From the NCBI GenBank assembly GCA_036501385.1, contig DASYAK010000016.1, positions 64,996 to 128,995 of the forward strand: 64,000 nt of DNA. The letters are read 5' to 3'. The stretch comes from Gemmatimonadales bacterium. Its GTDB lineage: Bacteria; Gemmatimonadota; Gemmatimonadetes; Gemmatimonadales; GWC2-71-9. The translations under genes and the position numbers were made by a program. The notes under the pieces were generated by a model. That model ran no database searches and was not told the origin of the DNA. It saw only the letters and a list, made by a program, of their open reading frames with translations. Numbering within the stretch: the stretch's first letter is position 1; every line of letters starts with the position of its first letter. Shown here one piece after another: positions 12,001 to 18,089 of the stretch.

Positions 12001-12289
12001 CACCGATCGAATGTTCGAATTTCGCGCGCTCCCGGGTCTTTCCTTCGCGACCCACGACCTGGCCGAGCCGCTTGAGTTCCATCGCCATCTTTTCGTTGGC
12101 GGCGACGATCTCGTTGAACGTGTCGGCGATCTTTCCGTCGACGAGCGTCCAGTCCCCGGGGAGGCGCACAGCGAAATCGCCACGCCGCATTCGCTGCAGC
12201 GCGTCGAGGAGCTGACCGCGATCGAGCGACGAAGTATCGACCGCATCAATTACCGCCGTGCCACCCGACGTACGACCCGTTCTCCGCAT
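6026..12289 (-). CDS. giant soluble hybrid histidine kinase: poly-HAMP array - GAF - HisKA - HATPase_c - REC - REC - REC (2087 aa)
   Basis: Single 2087-aa ORF with no hydrophobic segment at the N-terminus. Residues ~98-1180 form 12 consecutive ~92-aa units of the type [92 protein letters not shown]. A GAF-like region spans ~1195-1340 ([15 protein letters not shown]...[18 protein letters not shown]), then a Q-rich coiled coil. The H-box is [13 protein letters not shown] (His at aa 1426, nt ~8012-8014) and the G-boxes are [20 protein letters not shown]. Three receivers follow: LLIVEDD...SLDVFLPD...LPKP; LLVVEDN...VLDLRLPD...; VLVVDDD...[12 protein letters not shown]...LAKP. Confidence 0.95.
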   Translation of the reverse strand: MRRTGRTSGGTAVIDAVDTSSLDRGQLLDALQRMRRGDFAVRLPGDWTLVDGKIADTFNEIVAANEKMAMELKRLGQVVGREGKTRERAKFEHSIGAWGEMEASVNTLVDDLLRPTTEVTDAIAAVAQGHLSKTIRLDVDGRPLEGEFLRSATIVNTMIQQLGVFTSEVTRVAREVGSDGKLGGQAQVLGVSGVWKDLTESVNSMASNLTAQVRNISEVTIAVASGDLSRKITVDVRGEILQLKEAINTMVDQLRSFASEVTRVAREVGTEGKLGGQAVVPGVAGTWKDLTDSVNAMAGNLTAQVRNIAEVTTAVARGDLSRKITVNVSGEILALKDTINTMVDQLNAFAGEVTRVAREVGTEGKLGGQAQVLGVGGTWKDLTDNVNFMASNLTAQVRNIAEVATAIARGDLSKKITVNVSGEILQLKETLNTMVDQLNGFASEVTRVAREVGTEGRLGGQAAVPGVAGTWKDLTDNVNLLAANLTTQVRNIAEVTTAVARGDLSRKITVDVKGEVLELKITINTMVDQLNAFAAEVTRVAREVGTEGKLGGQAQVGGVAGTWKDLTDSVNSMASNLTGQVRNIAEVATAVARGDLSRKITVDVKGEILELKDTLNTMVDQLNAFASEVTRVAREVGTDGRLGGQALVPGVGGTWKDLTDSVNFMASNLTAQVRNIAEVATAIANGDLSKKITVDVSGEILELKDTLNTMVDQLNAFASEVTRVAREVGTEGKLGGQAQVPGVAGTWKGLTDNVNFMAGNLTAQVRNIAEVTTAVARGDLSRKITVNVSGEILELKNTINTMVDQLNGFAGEVTRVAREVGTEGKLGGQAQVPGVAGTWKDLTDSVNSMASNLTAQVRNIAEVTIAVASGDLSKKITVDVRGELLQLKEGINTMVEQLRSFAAEVTRVAREVGTDGKLGGQAVVSGVGGTWKDLTDNVNLLAANLTTQVRNIAEVTTAVARGDLSRKITVDVKGEILELKLTINTMVDQLNAFAAEVTRLAREVGTEGKLGGQAKVPGVAGTWKDLTDNVNVMAANLTEQVRGIVKVVTAVANGDLKPKLTVNAKGEVAALAETINNMTGTLATFADQVTTVAREVGVEGRLGGQANVPGAAGTWKDLTGNVNLLAANLTTQVRSIAEVATAVTQGDLTRSIQVEARGEVAELKDNINTMIDNLRLTTDRNTEQDWLKTNLARLTGMLQGQRDLGTVGKVLLSELVPLVNAHQGVIYQVRGDEPPLLALLASYADARQGGFAAELGMGEGFVGQCAADQRRILVTNVPPDTVPVSSVFVDAMPRTIVVVPVVFEGKIKAVLGIASLTEFVPSHLALLEQLTSSIAIVLNSIEATMQTEGLLKQSQQLATELQTQQGELQQTNEQLAQKAQQLAEQNAEVERKNQEIEQARRALEEKATELALTSKYKSEFLANMSHELRTPLNSILILGQQLSENSEGNLQPRQVEFARTIHGAGTDLLNLITDILDLSKIESGTVTVMAEEVAVASILEAIARPFRHEAEARSLSLDVQLDPATGSTIVTDTKRLQQVLKNLLSNAFKFTEQGGVRLRVGPVSSGWNVEHPVLSHAARVVAFEVADTGIGIPQEKQRIIFEAFQQADAGTSRKYGGTGLGLAISRELASLLGGEIQLRSMPGVGSTFILYLPIAYVGPSAPTSDERLPVHSSFPPVRVIDRVVEQIPDDRQRLVAGDPTLLIVEDDPHYARILLDEAHNQGFKVLVAGGGADALALAREFQPTAVSLDVFLPDMLGWTVLNQLKQDPALRHIPVQIVTLDEDRQHGLACGAFAFLPKPTTSEGLQAALSRIKEYSAPRSRRLLVVEDNPAEQVSIIELLGHDDVEIETASTGSEALATLRREPYDCAVLDLRLPDMSGFEVLEHIRDDAHLCELPVVVFTGKELSPEEDARLHTLARSVVVKGVESPERLLDETALFLHRVVYQLPAEKQRMLERLHRGDDDLVGKKVLVVDDDIRNIFALSSVLERRGMEVLTAGTGHEAIATLARTEDIAIVLMDIMMPEMDGYQTMHAIRQQPQFRRLPIVALTAKAMKGDREKCLDAGASDYLAKPVNTEQLLSALRLWLHR
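8750..11998 (-). repeat. in-frame tandem 276-bp coding repeats (poly-HAMP array): 11 units in exact register plus one 291-bp degenerate first unit
   Basis: On the plus strand the marker GAC (inside TTGACG/TTGACC, the complement of the ...VN... codons) recurs at 8924, 9200, 9476, 9752, 10028, 10304, 10580, 10856, 11132, 11408 and 11684. Each step is exactly 276 nt, with no indels over 2760 nt. The next copy is at 11975 (a 291-nt step). Long identical strings such as GACGTTGTCGGTGAGATCCTTCCACGTGCC recur (10856, 11132). Confidence 0.9.
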
Positions 12290-12766
12290 CGGCCCATCCC
12301 CAGTGTCCGGCTATCAAGCAAGGCCAGGATCAATTGTGATTGAAGTCGTCGACGTGCGCCGCCGTGATCTGACGGCCGGAGCTCACCGTAATGCGCGTGC
12401 CATAAACGACAAAGGCGCCAAGACGCACCGCGGGTGCGTCCCTGGCGCCTTCGACTGACAGAGCCATGCTCCATCCGGCAAGGCGGGCGCCTGACTGATC
12501 GGCGCCATCTGAGAACAGATTATGGAACAAGTCTTATTTATGCAAGCCCTCGACGGCAAATCGGGACCGCCATCGGCATCGCGCCTTCAATATTAACGAT
12601 CGGTTCGGCCGAAGGCGAATCAAGGCATCCCGCGCGCGATCAGGGTCGGCCAGACTGTGGTGTTCGATCGCGTTAGATTGATGCTTCACCCCGAAACATC
12701 AGCCGTATCCCTTGCCCTCACGCACCCCGGCGCGGCGACGGAGGTCCGCAAGATGAGAGCCCGCCA

Positions 12767-13314
12767 ATGAGGTTGCGCGAGGTCTCACTCAAGCCGTCGC
12801 CACTTGGCTCCGGGCGCACCCGGCTCGTGGGGGATGTCGCTATCGCGATTCGTCGCGCCCCGCGGAGGCACTCCGGTTTGATGTTCCCGGGGAATACGCC
12901 GACAGCCTCGCCGCAACCGGCAACCCGCGGCACGGCTGCCTTCTGCCGCTGGCCGTGACGCTCGGCGAACCGCTTGAGCTCTCGCTTCCCGTCGACCCGT
13001 CGCTGCATGAAGGGGCGTCGGCGATGATGGAGATCTGGCGGAGCTGGTACCCCGGCGCGTGCGAGCCGGTTCCGATCGACGCCGACCTGCTCAAGCCCGG
13101 GATCCCCGACCCAGACCGTAACTGCGGACAGGGCGAGAAATGCCTGCGCACCCTCACCGGGTTCGAACTGGTCGGCAGGCTCGATCGCTGCACATCCTTT
13201 CCGCAGGTCCGCAACGCGATTCTCGGCAGCGTCCTCATTCTGTCGGCCATCCCGTTCTACTGCATACTGCACTACCGACGGCCGGCACCGGCCGGGGAGT
13301 CGAGTACACCGTAG
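12767..13314 (+). pseudogene. hypothetical protein, apparently split by a 1-nt frameshift near 12840 (true pseudogene or sequence error)
   Basis: Track ORF 12767..12958 starts MRLREVSLKPSPLGSGRTRLVGDVA with GC-rich third positions, then turns Arg/Pro-rich. From ~12841 the neighbouring frame (that of track ORF 12955..13314) reads YRDSSRPAEALRFDVPGEYADSLAATGNP...LPLAVTLGEPLELSLPVDPSLHEGASAMMEIWRSWYPG..., with high GC3 through to the TAG at 13312-13314. That frame has no ATG/GTG/TTG before 12955. Joining at GTC GC|TAT needs one extra base. I do not recognise the family. Confidence 0.35.
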
Positions 13315-13331
13315 GCCGTTACCTTCATTCC

Positions 13332-14288
13332 ATGCTCCCTCCATCGCTCGACGACATTTCGGCGGCGCAGGTACGCCTCGCCGGCCGGATCCATATCACG
13401 CCGCTCCTGTCGTCACAGACGATCGCACGACTCGCCGGCATCGGCGGTGTCAGTCTCAAATGCGAATCGCTGCAGAAGACGGGATCGTTCAAGGTCCGCG
13501 GCGCACTCAACGCGATCATGCAGCTCGATACGGCTTCGCGCGCACGCGGCGTGGTGACTGTGTCGGCCGGCAACCACGCCCAGGCACTGGCATGGGCCGC
13601 GGCGTCGGCCGGCGTCACCTGCACCGTGGTGATGCCCGCGACCGCATCCGAAAGCAAGGCCGCCGCAAGCGCCGGCTATGGCGCGTCGGTGATCCGTCAC
13701 GGAACCGCCGCCGAGGCGTTTGCGAAGGCCGAAGAACTGGCGGACAGCGAGGGCTTCACGCTGGTTCCCCCATTCGACGACGAACGCGTCATCACCGGAG
13801 CAGGAACGGTCGGGCTCGAGATCATCCGCCAGCAGCCCGACGTCGACCTGATTGTCGTGCCGATCGGAGGCGGTGGTCTCATTGCCGGGGTAGCCGCCGC
13901 CGCCAAGCAAGCCAAGCCGAGCGTCAAGGTGATCGGCGTGGAACCTGAGGGCGCGGCGGCGATGCGACGAAGCCTCGACGCGGGGCATCCCGTCCGGCTC
14001 GACGCCGTGCAGACGATAGCCGACGGGCTCGCCGCACCGTTTGCGGGGCAGCTCACCTATCCGATCGTTCGCGACCTCGTTGATGACGTGGTCCTCGTTT
14101 CGGACGCCGAGATCGCCGAGGCGATGTCGCTCCTCCTCAGTCGCGCAAAGCTTGTCGCCGAGGGCGCCGGCGCGACGGCCACCGCAGCAGTGCTGAGTCG
14201 CCGGATCTCCGCGGCGGCGGCGGACCGGGCGGTCGCGATTGTGAGCGGCGGAAATATCGACCTTGACCGGATGAAGGCACTCGTCTGA
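13332..14288 (+). CDS. PLP-dependent threonine/serine dehydratase (threonine ammonia-lyase, short catabolic type)
   Basis: In-frame part of track ORF 13140..14288 starting at ATG 13332 (MLPPSLDDISAAQVRLAGRIHITPLL). The PLP-lysine motif is KCESLQKTGSFKVRGALN, the Gly loop is VPIGGGGLIAG, and SAGNHAQALA is present. At 318 aa it has no ACT regulatory domain. Confidence 0.9.
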   Translation: MLPPSLDDISAAQVRLAGRIHITPLLSSQTIARLAGIGGVSLKCESLQKTGSFKVRGALNAIMQLDTASRARGVVTVSAGNHAQALAWAAASAGVTCTVVMPATASESKAAASAGYGASVIRHGTAAEAFAKAEELADSEGFTLVPPFDDERVITGAGTVGLEIIRQQPDVDLIVVPIGGGGLIAGVAAAAKQAKPSVKVIGVEPEGAAAMRRSLDAGHPVRLDAVQTIADGLAAPFAGQLTYPIVRDLVDDVVLVSDAEIAEAMSLLLSRAKLVAEGAGATATAAVLSRRISAAAADRAVAIVSGGNIDLDRMKALV

Positions 14289-14304
14289 TGCGCCACTGCT
14301 GCCG

Positions 14305-16110
14305 ATGACCGGGCGCTGGACTGCCGCGCTCACGGCGCTCATGGGAATGTTCGCGGCTCCGTTGGCGAGCCAGCAACTCCAAGGCCTCGAATCGCTCGAT
14401 GGCCATTTTGTCCTCGCCGGGCGCCCGATCCAGGTGATCTCCGGCGAGATGCACTACGCCCGCGTTCCGCGCGCACTCTGGCGCGACCGACTTCGCAAGG
14501 CGCGGGCGATGGGCCTCAATACCATTTCGACGTACGTCTTCTGGAACCTGCACGAGCCGACGCCCGGCCACTACGATTTCAGCGGGCAGAACGACGTCGC
14601 CGAATACATCAGGATGGCCCAGCAGGAAGGACTGCACGTGATTCTGCGTCCGGGCCCGTACGTTTGCGCGGAATGGGACCTGGGCGGCTATCCGGCGTGG
14701 CTTCTCGCCGATTCAACGATGGTGCTGAGGAGTACCGATCCGCGTTTCACCGCGGCAGCATCACGATGGCTCGACCGCCTTGGGCGCGAACTCGCTCCAC
14801 TTCTCGCCAGCCACGGCGGACCGATCATCGCTGTGCAAGTCGAGAACGAGTACGGCTCATTCGACCATGACACGACCTACATGGCGTGGCAGCGCGACGC
14901 GCTCCGGCACGCGGGATTCGGCAGCGTCCGCCTGTACACAGCCGACGGCGACGTTCAGCTGCGAGCGGGGACGCTTCCCGATCTTCCCGCGGTCGTCAAT
15001 TTCGGCGTCGGCGAAAGTGACAGCGCTTTTGCCCGCCTGGCGCGGTTCCGCCCCGGGGCACCGCTCATGAGCGGCGAGTACTGGGCCGGGTGGTTCGATC
15101 AGTGGGGTGGATCTCACGCCCATACCGACGTGGCGCGGCAGGTGAACGAACTCGACCGCATGCTCAGTCGCCGGTACTCGGTCAATCTGTACATGTTCCA
15201 CGGCGGGACCACATTTGGCTTCATGAATGGCGCCAATATCGATGGAGGCAAGTACCACCCGCAGACGACCAGCTATGACTACGACGCCGCGCTCGACGAG
15301 TCGGGGCGTCCGACGCCGAAGTACTTCGCTTTCCGCGACGTGATCGCGCGACATACCGTGACGGCGATCCCGCCGGTTCCGCCGACTGACTCCATGGTCG
15401 CCGTTCCGGGGTTCAGCCTCAAGCGGGTCGCGTCGCTCTGGCAGATCCTTCCAAAGCCGATCCACACCGTGCGGCCACGTTCGATGGAAATGTTCGGCCA
15501 GTCGTACGGCTACATCCTCTATCGTACCACGGTACAGGGGCCGCTCGACGGCGAACTGGTGATTCACGATGTTCGCGACTACGCCCGCGTGTACGTCGAC
15601 GGCCAATTGGTGGCAACGCTCGATCGACGACTCAACCAGGATAGCGCCGTGGTACACGTCGCACACGCCGGGGCGCGTCTCGACATTCTGGTGGAGAACG
15701 GCGGTCGCGTGAATTTCACCAAGGCGCTCCGGAGCGAGCGCAAGGGAATCACCCGTTCAGTAACCCTCGCAGGACGCGACGTGACCGGGTGGGACGTGTA
15801 TTCATTACCGATGGGTGCAGTTCCGAAGCCCCGTCCCTCGACGCGATATGATGAGGGGCCCGCGATCTACCGCGGGACATTCACCCTCGCAACTGCCGGC
15901 GACACGCACCTGGATATGCGTGGATGGGGAAAGGGCGCGGTCTGGGTGAATGGTCACCCGCTGGGACGCTTCTGGGGGATCGGTCCGCAGCTGTCGCTCT
16001 ACCTCCCCGGGGTGTGGATCCAGTGCGGGAGGAACGAAGTGACGGTCTTCGATTTCGACCAGCCGGCGACCGACACCATCCACGGCGTTCAGCACGCCGT
16101 GTGGAAGTAG
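14305..16110 (+). CDS. glycoside hydrolase family 35 beta-galactosidase, secreted
   Basis: 601 aa with signal-like MTGRWTAALTALMGMFAAPLASQ. The GH35 N-terminal pattern is FVLAGRPIQVISGEMHYARVPRALWRDRLRKARAMGLNTISTYVFWNLHEP...ILRPGPYVCAEWDLGGYPAWL...VQVENEYGSF. Confidence 0.9.
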   Translation: MTGRWTAALTALMGMFAAPLASQQLQGLESLDGHFVLAGRPIQVISGEMHYARVPRALWRDRLRKARAMGLNTISTYVFWNLHEPTPGHYDFSGQNDVAEYIRMAQQEGLHVILRPGPYVCAEWDLGGYPAWLLADSTMVLRSTDPRFTAAASRWLDRLGRELAPLLASHGGPIIAVQVENEYGSFDHDTTYMAWQRDALRHAGFGSVRLYTADGDVQLRAGTLPDLPAVVNFGVGESDSAFARLARFRPGAPLMSGEYWAGWFDQWGGSHAHTDVARQVNELDRMLSRRYSVNLYMFHGGTTFGFMNGANIDGGKYHPQTTSYDYDAALDESGRPTPKYFAFRDVIARHTVTAIPPVPPTDSMVAVPGFSLKRVASLWQILPKPIHTVRPRSMEMFGQSYGYILYRTTVQGPLDGELVIHDVRDYARVYVDGQLVATLDRRLNQDSAVVHVAHAGARLDILVENGGRVNFTKALRSERKGITRSVTLAGRDVTGWDVYSLPMGAVPKPRPSTRYDEGPAIYRGTFTLATAGDTHLDMRGWGKGAVWVNGHPLGRFWGIGPQLSLYLPGVWIQCGRNEVTVFDFDQPATDTIHGVQHAVWK

Positions 16111-16111
16111 G

Positions 16112-18079
16112 TCAGGTCCCCCAGCTGTTGTTGCCGCGATCGATGTCAGGCATCACTCCACGCGGATCGATCACGGCGCGGCGCACGCGTCCCGGCGTTG
16201 CAACGCGATAATCGAAATGTGAACCGAGATTCCACATTTCGACCGGGAGCTTGACGACGGTGGTCGTGCCGTCGGCGAAGGTGATTGCCAGTTCGGCCGG
16301 CATCACCATCGTGCCGCGATTCCTCAGGTGCACCACCGCCCCGCTCGGCCCGTTGCTCACCGAATCGACGGATTGATCGAGTCGTGCGGTTGTGAATACC
16401 CACCCGCGCCAGAACCAATCGAGGTTCATCCCCGAGGCATCGCGCATCAGGCGGAAGAAGTCGGCTGGGGTCGGATGCTTGAACGCCCACGTCCTGATAT
16501 AATCACGGAACGCGGCGTCGAATCGCTCGCGGCCAAGGACTTCGAACCGGAGCGTCTGCATCATGAGCGCCGGCTTCTGATAGCCTGTCCAGAAAAGATC
16601 CCGAACCTCGGTGGGGTTGGAGATCAACGGCTGCTCGTTCCCCGACGTGGCGTGGTCGGCGTAGAGATGCAGCGGATGCGCTTCGATCGAATCGCCGTAG
16701 GGTGTTCCGGCGAAATACTGTGCAGCGTTGTGAAGATCGATGAAGGTGTTGAATCCCTCATCCATCCAGGGATAGAGCCGCTCATTCGACCCGACGATCA
16801 TCGGAAACCACTCGTGGCCGAACTCATGCGCCAGCGCCCATTGCTGATCTTCGCGGGTGGGCGAGTTGGGCACGAAGGTGAGCATCGGATACTCCATCCC
16901 TTCAATCGGACCCTCGACGGAGGTCGCGTGAGAATAGGGATAGTGATACCACTGTTCGCTGAAGTACTTGATCGTCTCGCGCCCCATCCGGTTCGCTTCG
17001 GGCCACTTGTCGGCGCCAGGACGGTAGACGGTCTCGATCAGGATTCCGTCGTACCCACTGGCGTCCCATCGCATCGCCGGACCGGCGGCGAACGCCAGAT
17101 CGCGCACGGAATCGGCCGTGAAATGCCAGGTGAGCGTGCCGCTGGTCCTCGGACGGCTCCGCGCGGGCGATGCAGCCTCGGCTGCCGTGATGATCGCGAT
17201 CGCGGTGTCGGAATGTCGCGCTTCCGCAAGCCGGGACCGCTCGACCGCCGTGAGAACGTCGACCGGGTTTCGCAACTCGCCGGTGGCCGCGACGATGTCT
17301 TCGGCCGGGACAGTGATCTCGGCGTCGAAGGATCCGTACTCCGGGTAGAACTCCCCGGCGCCGATGTACGGCTCGTGATTCCACCCGTGCACATCGTCAT
17401 ACACCGCCATTCGCGGATACCATTGCGCGATTTCGTAGAGCGGGCCGTCGTGTCCCATCCGGCCTCCGCCCTGGAGTGGCACATTGAAGTGCCAGCCGAG
17501 TTCGAGATCGACACTCGCGCCCGGAGCAAGGGGATGCGGCAGATCGACGCGCATTGTCGTACCATACCTGGTGTGCGGCAGATTGGTGGCAGGTGCAGTC
17601 GTCCGCCGGGTGGAATTGCCGGGCGGACTTCGCGGTGCAAGGCGGATGTACTCCAGGTGGCCACCGCCGGCGAAGCCCTGGCATGAGAAATCGAACGAAC
17701 TCCCGAGGAAGACCAGCGGCGGTTGATTGAGAATGTTGGTGATGCTCGTCGGCTCGCAAAGATTTTGTTCGACGAACATCCAGAGATATGGCAGCGCATC
17801 TGGCGAATGATTCAAGTAGTGAATCGTCTCGCTGCCCCGGAGCTCGTTGGCCTGTGGGTCGAGTGTCGCCTTGATCCGATAATCAGCCCGCTGCTGCCAA
17901 TAGAGCGGACCAGGACGGCCCGATCCCGTGCGAAACTGAGTGGGTGTGGGAAGGTCGAGCGGGCGGAACGGCGATGTGTCGGCTACGGAGGCGCCGCTCC
18001 CCTGGGCGGAGAGCGGCGCGCCGGTTGCCGTCATTGCCGCGAATGCGGCAATCGCAAGCGAAAATCGAACCGCGCGCAT
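16112..18079 (-). CDS. M1 family zinc aminopeptidase-like metallopeptidase, secreted
   Basis: Track ORF 16112..18214. The likely start is the ATG at 18079 (CAT 18077-18079), giving the signal peptide MRAVRFSLAIAAFAAMTATGAPLSAQ. The gluzincin motif is HEFGHEWF, then 18 residues, then E (WMDEGFNTF). It is convergent with GH35, with 1 nt between the stops. Confidence 0.85.
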   Translation of the reverse strand: MRAVRFSLAIAAFAAMTATGAPLSAQGSGASVADTSPFRPLDLPTPTQFRTGSGRPGPLYWQQRADYRIKATLDPQANELRGSETIHYLNHSPDALPYLWMFVEQNLCEPTSITNILNQPPLVFLGSSFDFSCQGFAGGGHLEYIRLAPRSPPGNSTRRTTAPATNLPHTRYGTTMRVDLPHPLAPGASVDLELGWHFNVPLQGGGRMGHDGPLYEIAQWYPRMAVYDDVHGWNHEPYIGAGEFYPEYGSFDAEITVPAEDIVAATGELRNPVDVLTAVERSRLAEARHSDTAIAIITAAEAASPARSRPRTSGTLTWHFTADSVRDLAFAAGPAMRWDASGYDGILIETVYRPGADKWPEANRMGRETIKYFSEQWYHYPYSHATSVEGPIEGMEYPMLTFVPNSPTREDQQWALAHEFGHEWFPMIVGSNERLYPWMDEGFNTFIDLHNAAQYFAGTPYGDSIEAHPLHLYADHATSGNEQPLISNPTEVRDLFWTGYQKPALMMQTLRFEVLGRERFDAAFRDYIRTWAFKHPTPADFFRLMRDASGMNLDWFWRGWVFTTARLDQSVDSVSNGPSGAVVHLRNRGTMVMPAELAITFADGTTTVVKLPVEMWNLGSHFDYRVATPGRVRRAVIDPRGVMPDIDRGNNSWGT

Positions 18080-18089
18080 CGGCACCGAC

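Noticed and set aside
12330-12530. 66-aa minus-strand ORF (or its 45-aa sub-ORF MALSVEGARDAPAVRLGAFVVYGTRITVSSGRQITAAHVDDFNHN) 40 nt upstream of the giant kinase
   Set aside because: Third-position GC is only moderate (about 70% by hand count, versus clearly higher in neighbouring genes). GGAG is only 1 nt from the ATG, and I recognise no family. It could be a real micro-protein, but the evidence is insufficient to call it.
13150-13175. GGGTTCGAAC string resembling a tRNA T-loop
   Set aside because: The flanking bases do not form a T-stem (CCGGG/TGGTC are not complementary). No acceptor or anticodon arms are nearby, and it lies inside a coding-looking frame.
12718-13344. 208-aa minus-strand ORF opposite the frameshifted small ORF
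   Set aside because: It is Arg/Gly/Pro-rich with no motifs. The plus-strand frames show the stronger third-position GC bias and a natural-looking sequence.
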